Origin: Eubacteriales bacterium
GTDB lineage: Bacteria > Bacillota > Clostridia > Oscillospirales > CAG-272
Assembly (NCBI GenBank): GCA_045632545.1
Contig: JAZQWY010000121.1
Location: 1 to 35,081, forward strand
Direction: 5' to 3'
Length of the DNA stretch: 35,081 nt
This document shows positions 15,008 through 23,659 of this stretch, piece by piece. The notes beneath the pieces were generated by a model. It was not told the origin of the DNA and did not search any database. It saw nothing but the letters and a program-made list of their open reading frames with translations. Numbering within the stretch: position 1 is the first letter of the stretch; the number at the start of each line of letters is the position of its first letter. The position numbers were made by a program, and so were the translations under genes.

Positions 15008-17140
15008 CTAAATGCGCTCTTCCCAAACAGTACGACGACCGTCAGCTTGTATACCGCAAATATAAGCACCGCGCTTCAAAGGCAGGCGGAATTGCACATC
15101 CCAATTTTCAGGCCATACAGGAAAGGGCTCATATTTATTTCCGCCAGTTTGTAACAATGCCAACCTTAAACAAAGTGAAGTCATTCCACCATGATCCTGA
15201 TCGGGAGTATCATCGAAGTTAGGTCCCCAAAACGCAGGAAACAGTGCGCGTTTATCGGTCATTCCGCTTTGACGGATCAAATGTGTTACCGTTTCCGATT
15301 CTAAACCAAGCAAAGCGGCATCGACGGGATCTTGACTCCAGCCTCCAGCTTGGCGATGGGCGCGTTTATCATAGGTTCGACGGGCAATATCCAACCCATC
15401 CTTTCCAAGTCCATACAGTTCATAAGGGAATACAGCATATAGTTCGCAATTTTCTATGTTATTGGAGTCTGGAAAAATCTTGATCTCACACGGCGCCAAA
15501 ACAATTCCGTCATCTGTATTTTCAACAGGCAACTCCGGAATTGCCGGAAGAAGACTGTCAACCAGACTCCTTAAAGTCAGTGGAATGTCTGACATTGCAT
15601 TCAGTTTCTCACACACCACTCGCAAGCCTGCTACATCCGGCGCATCATTCACACACATCTGCCACGTTTCCAAAGAAGAAACCGGAGTCATTACCATTTT
15701 TCCGTTAAACCGTTCAAAATGACGGTCAAAAAACAGCAATGTTTGCTCAATAAATTCAAGCATAATCTCCCTTCGAGACATATCCTCGGAAAGCTCCATG
15801 TATTTCAACATCATATATGACAACTCCAACATGCCGTTATAATGATACCTGATATAGCCGTTACAAGGCTCTCCGCGTCGCAGTGCCTTACCACCTTCTC
15901 CACGGCGAACACCGTTTTCATTCTCAAATCCGTAGTTGCTGTTGGCATACAGTCCAAAGTGCGATACAGTTTCGGGGATCAAAATTCCCGAATGACCAAA
16001 GTAGATCTCACACCGCGCCTTTGCAATTGGCATCATGTTGAGATACATATCAAAAAACGGAAGCATAGAGCTATAGTCGCCCATGTACAGGAGATACCAG
16101 TACATAATACGCGTATTTTGAAACCAATAAGGCGCCCCCCATCTTCGAGCGTCATAATTTCCGGGATATCCATCCATTTGATTGGCGGTGAAGAGCAGAC
16201 CGTTAAACTTCATTGGTGCATTTCCCCTGTCCGAACAGTGCGTCATATAGCGTTGATACAAAAAGGCCTTCGTTATCATTTCAGCCTGCTCGTCTCCCAT
16301 GGCAAAAACATAGGCTTGCTCCCAAAAGCTTCTCCAGCTTTGCGCGTGTGCGGCATAGCCCCCTGAGCTCTCGTTTCCATAGTGCTCATAAAGTGCATCC
16401 AAGGAATCCGCCAACTCTACGGCATCATCAGTAAATCTTGACTCAACGAAAATCGACGCATTCACTTGCGTCTTATTCGTTCCAATCAATCGATCCTGCA
16501 TGGGATACATGTCGGGGGAATACATACCTGCTCCGAATGTATAACCCAGCAAAGGATCCTTTTCCCTACCAATATAATCCTCCATATGCTGATTTTTTAT
16601 CGAGAATTCATAACAGCTTTGAGAGTTGCGGTGGATCTGAGCAACACCGCCGTTTTTGGTAGCAGTGACTATATCCGCACTTTCAACAATGTCACACTTC
16701 CCTCCGCGCGCAAAGTAATTGGAATCATCTTTTTTCGGATCAATAGGTACATCACGATAATTGACAAATCTTATATTGGTATCCACAGGCATCTCAGCAT
16801 TCAATACAAGGCGCAAGCACGGTGCGAACGCGTCCACATATATTCGCAACTTGTTATTTCCGCTAACAATGTCAAGGACCCCTTCCGCAATATTCAGATC
16901 AAAATTTGCGCCTTCCGTGAAAGGGCACGGATTGATCGACATCACAACGTGCGCAACCTTCAAAAGACGATACAATTCACTCCAGGAATCGGTTTTTGAA
17001 ATAAGAATATGAATAAGTCCATCAGCTGTCAGCCAAACGTTTGCGCCAATATCTCCGTTTCCCAATGGTAAGGATTTCATGGCATCATCCATTACTCCAA
17101 AATATTTAAATGAGTAATTTTTTATACGGTCAGCAATCAT
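15008..17140 (-). CDS. Putative glycoside hydrolase, DUF5703/GH95-like six-hairpin family
   Basis: The 710-aa protein has the N-terminal segment SLPLGNGDIGANVWLTADGLIHILISKTDSWSE, which resembles the DUF5703/GH95 N-domain signature (PLGNG.(I/L)G). AAGGAG lies upstream of the ATG. The family assignment comes from memory of this motif only. Confidence 0.6.
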   Translation of the reverse strand: MIADRIKNYSFKYFGVMDDAMKSLPLGNGDIGANVWLTADGLIHILISKTDSWSELYRLLKVAHVVMSINPCPFTEGANFDLNIAEGVLDIVSGNNKLRIYVDAFAPCLRLVLNAEMPVDTNIRFVNYRDVPIDPKKDDSNYFARGGKCDIVESADIVTATKNGGVAQIHRNSQSCYEFSIKNQHMEDYIGREKDPLLGYTFGAGMYSPDMYPMQDRLIGTNKTQVNASIFVESRFTDDAVELADSLDALYEHYGNESSGGYAAHAQSWRSFWEQAYVFAMGDEQAEMITKAFLYQRYMTHCSDRGNAPMKFNGLLFTANQMDGYPGNYDARRWGAPYWFQNTRIMYWYLLYMGDYSSMLPFFDMYLNMMPIAKARCEIYFGHSGILIPETVSHFGLYANSNYGFENENGVRRGEGGKALRRGEPCNGYIRYHYNGMLELSYMMLKYMELSEDMSRREIMLEFIEQTLLFFDRHFERFNGKMVMTPVSSLETWQMCVNDAPDVAGLRVVCEKLNAMSDIPLTLRSLVDSLLPAIPELPVENTDDGIVLAPCEIKIFPDSNNIENCELYAVFPYELYGLGKDGLDIARRTYDKRAHRQAGGWSQDPVDAALLGLESETVTHLIRQSGMTDKRALFPAFWGPNFDDTPDQDHGGMTSLCLRLALLQTGGNKYEPFPVWPENWDVQFRLPLKRGAYICGIQADGRRTVWEERI

Positions 17141-17204
17141 AAAAATATCTCCTTAAACTACATTATTAAAAGCAGGAAAAGACCTGAACTTTGAAAGTTG
17201 TCTT

Positions 17205-17234
17205 ATTATAGCATAAGTCATTTTGGGATGTCAA
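17205..17234 (-). promoter_or_regulatory. Putative promoter of the glycosidase gene
   Basis: On the minus strand: TTGACA (17234-17229), an 18-nt spacer, then TATAAT (17210-17205). Confidence 0.55.
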
Positions 17235-17289
17235 GTAAATATCAAAAGTTTTCAAAGAGCGATGAAGTTAGTTTTTATCATGTTTTTCT

Positions 17290-17329
17290 TCCGAATGATG
17301 TGTTCTGTAATCGGAACACATCATTCGGA
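17290..17329. repeat. Perfect 16-bp inverted repeat with an 8-nt loop
   Basis: TCCGAATGATGTGTTC-tgtaatcg-GAACACATCATTCGGA, read directly. Confidence 0.9.
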
Positions 17330-17333
17330 TCAA

Positions 17334-17358
17334 CAAAAAAGGTACGCGATGCGTACCC
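17334..17358 (-). terminator. Rho-independent terminator (minus strand)
   Basis: The minus strand reads GGTACGC-atc-GCGTACC followed by TTTTTTG. Confidence 0.7.
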
Positions 17359-17573
17359 TCAGACCACTGGCAAAGCCTATCTCAAACAAGAGATAGACTT
17401 TGTTTTTTGTTAATGCGGAGAAAACGGAGATATTTCTCCAACATAGCTTCGCTATCTTCTTCATGTTTTTTAGAGTTGACAGTGTCAATTGCAACTCGCA
17501 TTTTAAAGGGGGGAGTTTAAGTCTGTAAACCATAGTATATCCGTTTTTCATTTGTATTTCCCCTATTTCCTAT

Positions 17574-17602
17574 ATTATATTAGAAAAGCTGCTCATCTTC
17601 AA
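17574..17602 (-). promoter_or_regulatory. Orphan consensus-like promoter driving the hairpin-rich region
   Basis: On the minus strand: TTGAAG (17602-17597), a 17-nt spacer, then TATAAT (17579-17574). Confidence 0.45.
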
Positions 17603-17680
17603 ATGTGTGGAAATGTCGCAGGTTCAAGTCACTTCAATCTTCAAAAAGTTGCAAAAAACAAAAGGTCAAAAAACAGCCCC

Positions 17681-17714
17681 AAAAAACAGAAAAAGCCTTG
17701 TAAAACAAGGCTTT
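17681..17714 (-). terminator. Rho-independent terminator after tRNA-Leu
   Basis: The minus strand reads AAGCCTTG-tttta-CAAGGCTT followed by TTTTTCTGTTTTTT. Confidence 0.8.
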
Positions 17715-17746
17715 TAGGCATAGGTTGCAATTTTGACCTATGAGAA

Positions 17747-17830
17747 TGGTGCGAGAAACGGGACTTGAACCCGTACGGTGTAACCACACGCCCCTCAAAC
17801 GTGCGCGTCTGCCAGTTCCGCCACTCTCGC
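17747..17830 (-). tRNA. tRNA-Leu, anticodon GAG, class II with an encoded CCA
   Basis: I folded it by hand on the minus strand. The acceptor stem is GCGAGAG/TTCTCGC with one G-U pair. The anticodon stem is CACGT/GCGTG with loop TT-GAG-GG. It has a long variable arm, T arm ACGGG-TTCAAGT-CCCGT, then A-CCA. Confidence 0.9.
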
Positions 17831-17866
17831 ATATTTATCTGTGCCACCTCAGCGGCAACAGATAAT

Positions 17867-17894
17867 ATTATACTCTTTTTTCTGAAAATGTCAA
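17867..17894 (-). promoter_or_regulatory. Consensus promoter of tRNA-Leu
   Basis: On the minus strand: TTGACA (17894-17889), a 16-nt spacer, then TATAAT (17872-17867). Confidence 0.65.
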
Positions 17895-18000
17895 TACCTT
17901 TTTCAAAATTTTTTTATTTAATTTCAAAGGTCTGTCAAATCGCCAAAAAACGGCGTTTTTATCGTGTCATTTTGTCTATCTTTATCAAATTCGTTCAAAT

Positions 18001-18531
18001 TCAATCCGCATTTTGATTATTTGACAAAAGCTCCTCCCTATCCCGAATGCGTTTCTTCTCTCCTATCTTTCCGCATATCAGGAGCGTCACAAGATAGCCA
18101 GCAGAAAATATTACAAACGCCAAAAGATAATCTATAAAACCTATGTACTCTATGTATGAGGCACTTGTAAACGCCGCGCCGCTTTCAAAAATCCCAGCCA
18201 GATAAACCGTACCGCCGCCTATGAACGGATAAAATTTCAAAAGTATGCAGAGCAACAGCTGGAGGACGATCGCCAAAGAAAACGTACACAACGACGATTT
18301 CGCGTTAAACTCCGCCAGCTTATAAGATAGCAAATAAGTCACAGCGCCGATAATCCCCGAGACGACAACGAAAGAAACTATCAACCTTATTATGACCGCC
18401 ATAAAATAGTCCACCTCCACAAAGAGGTTTACTATCTTAACCGCTAAGGACATAGCGGCGAGATTGACCAGACACGCCGCAAAAATACAAAGAAACATAC
18501 TTCCCGTCTCTTTCAGAAACTGTTTTTTCAT
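18001..18531 (-). CDS. Hypothetical integral membrane protein (176 aa, 4-5 TM helices)
   Basis: The ATG at 18531 has GGAGGGG upstream. There are several long hydrophobic segments and I recognise no family motif. Confidence 0.6.
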   Translation of the reverse strand: MKKQFLKETGSMFLCIFAACLVNLAAMSLAVKIVNLFVEVDYFMAVIIRLIVSFVVVSGIIGAVTYLLSYKLAEFNAKSSLCTFSLAIVLQLLLCILLKFYPFIGGGTVYLAGIFESGAAFTSASYIEYIGFIDYLLAFVIFSAGYLVTLLICGKIGEKKRIRDREELLSNNQNAD

Positions 18532-18623
18532 TTTTAACCCCTCCGCAAATGATAATCTACTGCGATAATTATACCACACCCGTCATATAAATTCAATACG
18601 TCAGTAACTATTAAGGAGAAAAA

Positions 18624-19205
18624 ATGAAGATAAAGATTAGTTTCTTTGCCATTATGATGTTATTTTCATTGATAATATCGGGAGCGTATTACGCAATTAT
18701 CCCGATATCCGCCGCATTTCTTCACGAGCTGGGACATATATTTGCGGCAAGGGCGAGAAAAGTAGAGCTTAAAAATTTCGACGTGGGTATTTTCGGCGCA
18801 AGGCTGACTATCGGCGGCAGTATATGCTCGTACGCTGACGAGATGATAGTATGCGCATCAGGACCTCTTGTAAATCTTATTCTTGCGGGTATATGTATCT
18901 TTGCAACACTAGCTTATGGGATAGACTGCGACGCTTTCGAGCTTTTTATCATATCCTCTCTCTGCCTCGGGATTCTCAATCTGCTTCCTATCAGGTCTTT
19001 TGACGGCGGCAGGATACTTGGCGCGGCGCTGTCTCAGGCATTTAACGAGAGGATAGCGGATACGGCGGTAACCGCACTGTCTTTTTTGTCTCTTTTTATC
19101 TTATGGTGTATATCTCTCTATCTTATTTTGCGTACATCGGCTTCCCTCTCGCTGTTCGTCTTTTCTATCTCACTGTTTGCCAACATATTCATAGAAAAGA
19201 GGTAA
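18624..19205 (+). CDS. M50 family (site-2 protease / SpoIVFB-like) membrane metalloprotease, short form
   Basis: HELGH zinc motif lies in a TM helix, together with NLLPIRSFDGG (the NxxPxxxxDG motif of S2P). AAGGAG lies upstream of the ATG. Confidence 0.8.
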   Translation: MKIKISFFAIMMLFSLIISGAYYAIIPISAAFLHELGHIFAARARKVELKNFDVGIFGARLTIGGSICSYADEMIVCASGPLVNLILAGICIFATLAYGIDCDAFELFIISSLCLGILNLLPIRSFDGGRILGAALSQAFNERIADTAVTALSFLSLFILWCISLYLILRTSASLSLFVFSISLFANIFIEKR

Positions 19206-19348
19206 ATCCGAGGTGAAAGAGGAAAACGAAGCTTTTAGAAGATTAAAAAAGCAATCGGAAGAAAAACCAAGTTTTTTGGCAAATAATCTCAAATACTGAA
19301 CTTTAATTTGAAATATTGTCAAAAATTGAAAATATTTTTCAAAATATA

Positions 19349-19377
19349 TTGCAATTCATTTCAATATCTGTTACAAT
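19349..19377 (+). promoter_or_regulatory. Putative promoter of potABCD
   Basis: TTGCAA (19349-19354), a 17-nt spacer, then TACAAT (19372-19377). This leaves a leader of about 125 nt. Confidence 0.5.
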
Positions 19378-19510
19378 ATTCGCAAGGATTTTATAGGCAC
19401 CTCGGAACAAGGGAGACAAAACGCGCGCTCTCTCGTTACAAACACAAGTTTTTTGTGGTCCACAGGCCTTTCATCCTGTATTTTTATCCTTAAAGGAGTT
19501 TTTATGCGGA

Positions 19511-20710
19511 ATGAAAAAAAAACTAGTCGAAAAACAAAATTTATCCGAAACACTTGAGAGCGAACAGTCAACCTCAAGCACGGAAAAGAAAAACAAGCTC
19601 ATCGAACTGAGAAATATCTCCAAGTCCTTTGACGGTGAGACAGTACTTGATGAAATCAATCTTTATATTACGGATAAGGAATTCATCACTCTGCTCGGTC
19701 CTTCGGGTTGCGGAAAGACCACCACTCTGCGTATCATCGGCGGCTTTGAGACACCCGATACGGGAGACTTATTCTTTGACGGGGTAAGAATAAACGACAT
19801 CCCCCCTCACAAACGTCAGGTAAACACGGTCTTTCAGAAGTACGCGCTCTTCCCTCACCTCAACGTTTATGACAATATTGCCTTTGGTCTGAGAATTGCC
19901 AAAGTGGAAGAAAGCGAGATAAAGGAAAGAGTTACCGATATGCTCAAGATGGTCAATCTTTGCGGCTTTGAGCGAAGAAACGTAAGTCTTCTCTCGGGAG
20001 GACAGCAGCAACGTGTGGCAATTGCCCGCGCACTGATAAACAAGCCCAAGGTCTTGTTGCTTGACGAGCCTCTCGGTGCGCTTGACCTCAAGCTCCGCAA
20101 GGATATGCAGGTCGAGCTTAAAAATATACAGGCACAGACAGGCATAACCTTTATATACGTTACACACGACCAGGAGGAAGCCCTCTCTATGTCGGACACT
20201 GTTGTCGTTATGGCAAACGGCAAGATACAGCAGATAGGTACTCCTACCGATATATACAATGAGCCCGTAAACGCTTTTGTTGCCGACTTCATCGGCGAAT
20301 CGAATATCCTTGACGGCGTTATGCTGGAGGACTTCAAGGTCAGATTTGCGAGTCAGACATTTGACTGTCTTGACAAGGGCTTTGATAAAAATGAGCAGAT
20401 AGACGTGGTCGTTCGCCCCGAAGACGTGGACGTCGTTCCCATGGAAAAGGGTATGCTGACCGGAAAGGTCTCCTCTGTCACCTTCAAAGGCGTTCACTAC
20501 GAGATAATCGTGGATATTGACGGCTTCAAGTGGATGATACAGACCACTGATTATGTAGCTCCCGATGAAACGATAGGTATTTATATCGAGCCCGATGCTA
20601 TACATATAATGAAAAAGTCTGAATATTCCGATATGTTCGGAGACTACTCGTCCTTCTCTGACGAGCTTGAACACCTCTCAGATATTACAGAGGAGGACGA
20701 AAAACAATGA
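19511..20710 (+). CDS. potA: Spermidine/putrescine ABC transporter ATP-binding protein
   Basis: Walker A is GPSGCGKTT, the signature is LSGGQQQR and Walker B is LLLDEPL. There is a C-terminal TOBE-like domain. The N-terminal extension of about 30 aa is Lys/Glu/Ser-rich. Confidence 0.9.
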   Translation: MKKKLVEKQNLSETLESEQSTSSTEKKNKLIELRNISKSFDGETVLDEINLYITDKEFITLLGPSGCGKTTTLRIIGGFETPDTGDLFFDGVRINDIPPHKRQVNTVFQKYALFPHLNVYDNIAFGLRIAKVEESEIKERVTDMLKMVNLCGFERRNVSLLSGGQQQRVAIARALINKPKVLLLDEPLGALDLKLRKDMQVELKNIQAQTGITFIYVTHDQEEALSMSDTVVVMANGKIQQIGTPTDIYNEPVNAFVADFIGESNILDGVMLEDFKVRFASQTFDCLDKGFDKNEQIDVVVRPEDVDVVPMEKGMLTGKVSSVTFKGVHYEIIVDIDGFKWMIQTTDYVAPDETIGIYIEPDAIHIMKKSEYSDMFGDYSSFSDELEHLSDITEEDEKQ

Positions 20711-21528
20711 AGCATCGTTCTCTCTTTGACAGAATTTCCGGAACGCCTTATGTCGTCTGGTCATTGATGTTCATAATAACACCGCTTATATTCGTTCTCT
20801 ATTTTGCCTTTACGGACAGAAGTGGCGCATTTACATTAGATAATATCTTCTCACTTTCATCCTATTCCGAGACTTTCGTTCTCTCTATCGGATTCTCTCT
20901 AATCGCCACCACAATATGTTTGCTTATAGGTTATCCTTTAGCATATTGTATGTCACGAACATCGGAGCGCACTAGAAATATCTTACTTGTGCTTCTTATG
21001 CTTCCTATGTGGATAAGCCTTCTTATCCGAACATATTCGCTTATGGCACTTTTGGATAACGGCGGTATCGTAAGTACCTTCCTTACCAAACTCGGATTTG
21101 AAAAATTAACGTTTATCGGAACAGAGGCAGCAGTTATCCTAGGAATGATATACGATTTTCTTCCATATATGGTCTTGCCAATTTATACTTCACTTACAAA
21201 ATTGGATAAGCGTTATATAGAAGCTGCTTCTGACCTTGGCTGTAACGGGATACAGGTTATTTCTAAAATTATTTTTCCGCTTACCCTTCCGGGGGTTATT
21301 TCGGGTATAACTATGGTTTTCGTCCCTTCCATCAGCACGTTCTATATTTCACAGAAGCTTGGTGGAGGATCATTCGACCTTATTGGAGATACGATAGAAC
21401 GTCAATTTCAAAACTCGGTAACCTACCACACAGGCGCGGCTATATCTTTGGTAATGATGATACTCATTCTCATTTCTCTTGCTATAATGAATAAATTTTC
21501 AGACAGCGAGGAGGAAATGATAATATGA
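20707..21528 (+). CDS. potB: Spermidine/putrescine ABC transporter permease
   Basis: The protein has 6 TM helices and the EAA-loop motif IEAASDLG. It overlaps potA by 4 nt. Confidence 0.9.
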   Translation: MKHRSLFDRISGTPYVVWSLMFIITPLIFVLYFAFTDRSGAFTLDNIFSLSSYSETFVLSIGFSLIATTICLLIGYPLAYCMSRTSERTRNILLVLLMLPMWISLLIRTYSLMALLDNGGIVSTFLTKLGFEKLTFIGTEAAVILGMIYDFLPYMVLPIYTSLTKLDKRYIEAASDLGCNGIQVISKIIFPLTLPGVISGITMVFVPSISTFYISQKLGGGSFDLIGDTIERQFQNSVTYHTGAAISLVMMILILISLAIMNKFSDSEEEMII

Positions 21529-22352
21529 AATTTTTATCAAAGTTTTACATCGCAATCATCTTTTTTATCCTCTATGCGCCTATACTCGTGGTAATACTAT
21601 TTTCTTTTAACAGATCGGGTAGCCTGAGTAATTTTTCGGAGTTTTCTCTTTACTGGTATAAGGACCTTTTCAGAAACAGCGAAGCTATAACGGCACTTAA
21701 AAATTCACTTTTTCTCGCTGTATCATCTTCTTTTTTGGCTACGATTATAGGAACTCTCGCTGCATGTAGTATAGCTCATTCGAAGAGTAAATTTTATAAA
21801 CGAGCTATGAAAAGTGTCTCCAATATACCCATGATGAACCCTGATATTGTTACAGGTGTGTCTATGATGCTTCTTTTTGTCGGAGTGGCGACCATCATCG
21901 GTGCCGGAGACGCGCTTGGAATGTGGACTATGCTTTTAGCACATACCACCTTTAATCTGCCTTACGTTATTCTCTCCATACTTCCTAAGTTTAATCAGAT
22001 GGATAAGAACTTGCTTGAGGCGGCACTTGATCTTGGCTGCACCCCAACGCAGACCTTCTTTAAAGTGGAGCTTCCCTGCATATTGCCCGGAATAATCTCA
22101 GGACTTATGATGGGCTTTACCCTCTCTCTTGATGACTTCGTTATAAGCCATTTTGTAAGTTCTCCAGATTTCAAGACCCTTCCATTGTATATCTATAATC
22201 AAACTGCGCACGAAGTCAAATTCAGTATGTACGCTCTATGCACACTTATGATAGTCGCTATATTGATATTGCTTATAGCCGTCAATCTTGCAGACAATCG
22301 CAAAGGACGCAAAAAAAACCAAAAGCTAAAAAAAGCAGGAGGTGCTCACTGA
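21525..22352 (+). CDS. potC: Spermidine/putrescine ABC transporter permease
   Basis: The protein has 6 TM helices and the EAA-loop motif LEAALDLG. It overlaps potB by 4 nt and has a Lys-rich C-terminal tail. Confidence 0.9.
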   Translation: MKFLSKFYIAIIFFILYAPILVVILFSFNRSGSLSNFSEFSLYWYKDLFRNSEAITALKNSLFLAVSSSFLATIIGTLAACSIAHSKSKFYKRAMKSVSNIPMMNPDIVTGVSMMLLFVGVATIIGAGDALGMWTMLLAHTTFNLPYVILSILPKFNQMDKNLLEAALDLGCTPTQTFFKVELPCILPGIISGLMMGFTLSLDDFVISHFVSSPDFKTLPLYIYNQTAHEVKFSMYALCTLMIVAILILLIAVNLADNRKGRKKNQKLKKAGGAH

Positions 22353-23593
22353 TGAAAAAAAAGGTAGTTTTATTGCTTCTTCTGGCAATTTTTCTAACAT
22401 TGAGCACCCCACTACTTTCAAGCTGTTCCTCTGATGATGTCACTACTCTCTATGTTTATAACTGGGGCGAATACATCTCAGATGGCTCGGACGGTTCAAT
22501 AGACGTAAACGCAGAATTTGAAAAATACTGTGAAGAAACGCTTGGTATGAAGGTCGAGGTAAATTACTCCACCTTTTCAAGCAATGAAAGTATGTACGCT
22601 AAGATAAGCAGCGGTTCAGCAGTTTACGATGTTATAATCCCCTCGGATTATATGATACAAAGAATGATCTCTGAAGATCTTCTCGCGCCTCTTGATATTT
22701 CAAAGATACCTAATTATCAGCACATAGATGAAAAGTTCAAGGGTGAAAATGTATATTACGAAGACGATTCTGACAACATTTACTCCGTACCCTATTTCTA
22801 CGGTATGATAGGCGTTATATATAACACCGATATAGTGGCCGAAGAAGATGCCAAATCTGAGAGTTGGGAGCTTATGTGGGACGAAAATTATATTCGTGAT
22901 ATCCTTCAGTTCAACAACAGCAGAGATGCTTTCGGCACTGCTCTTTATTATCTTGGATATGACGTAAATGAAGCCACAGAAGAACAGTGGCGAGAGGCTT
23001 TAGCTCTTTTAAAAACGCAAAAGGAGCTGGTTCAGGGATACGTTATGGACGAGATATTCAACAAAATGATGAGTGGCTCGGCAGCTATTGCCTCTTATTA
23101 CGCAGGAGATTTTCTTTCGATGTATGAGGATAATGATTCCCTTGCTTTCTACTATCCCAAAGAAGGAACGAACTCATATGTTGACGCGATGTGCATTCCT
23201 AAAAATTCCACAAACTACGATCTCGCATCCGAGTACATAAATTTTATGTGCAGCGAAGAAATAGCTATCGCTAATGCTGAGTACACTTATTACGCTTCTC
23301 CTTTGACAACGGTGTGTGATAACGAGGAGTATCAAGAATATATGCTGGACGTCCATCCCGAAGCTATGGATATTCTATACGGCGAGGCGACCGAATCTAT
23401 TAACACCCAAGCCTATTTGAATCTCTCTCCAGAAAAACTTGTTCTTCTTAACGAGCTTTGGGAAGAACTGAAAATAGAAAGCAGTATAGGTACGGGTATA
23501 TATATATGTTGTGGTACTATCCTGGGAACGCTCTTAATTTTGGGTACTGTCGGCGCAATAAAAAAGCGACGCCGTGCAAAATACTACGACTAA
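22352..23593 (+). CDS. potD: Spermidine/putrescine-binding lipoprotein
   Basis: The ATG at 22352 follows GGAGG and overlaps the potC stop by 1 nt. MKKKVVLLLLLAIFLTLSTPLLSSC is a signal peptide with a lipobox. The body is PotD-like (YNWGEYI, IPSDYM). There is an unusual C-terminal hydrophobic helix followed by KKRRRAKYYD. Confidence 0.85.
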   Translation: MKKKVVLLLLLAIFLTLSTPLLSSCSSDDVTTLYVYNWGEYISDGSDGSIDVNAEFEKYCEETLGMKVEVNYSTFSSNESMYAKISSGSAVYDVIIPSDYMIQRMISEDLLAPLDISKIPNYQHIDEKFKGENVYYEDDSDNIYSVPYFYGMIGVIYNTDIVAEEDAKSESWELMWDENYIRDILQFNNSRDAFGTALYYLGYDVNEATEEQWREALALLKTQKELVQGYVMDEIFNKMMSGSAAIASYYAGDFLSMYEDNDSLAFYYPKEGTNSYVDAMCIPKNSTNYDLASEYINFMCSEEIAIANAEYTYYASPLTTVCDNEEYQEYMLDVHPEAMDILYGEATESINTQAYLNLSPEKLVLLNELWEELKIESSIGTGIYICCGTILGTLLILGTVGAIKKRRRAKYYD

Positions 23594-23659
23594 CATTAAA
23601 ATATTTTAGCGGTGCGACGATTTCTTCATCGCGCCGCTATCAATTTACACGGAGAAATT

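Noticed and set aside
17500-17520. AAAGGGGGGAG resembling the yybP-ykoY (Mn2+) riboswitch core
   Set aside because: It is on the plus strand with no downstream plus-strand gene, and the other conserved helices are not present.
17612-17640. A T-arm-like GGTTCAAGTC on the plus strand near tRNA-Leu, considered as a possible att repeat
   Set aside because: It is in inverted orientation relative to tRNA-Leu. The flanks do not pair as a T stem or match the acceptor end. A 10-mer match to a generic T-loop is not convincing.
17641-17847. A 68-aa minus-strand ORF overlapping tRNA-Leu
   Set aside because: It is made up of the tRNA and terminator sequence and is not coding.
19769-20674. 301-aa and 156-aa ORFs antisense to potA
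   Set aside because: These are shadow ORFs. potA has unambiguous Walker A, Walker B and signature motifs on the plus strand.
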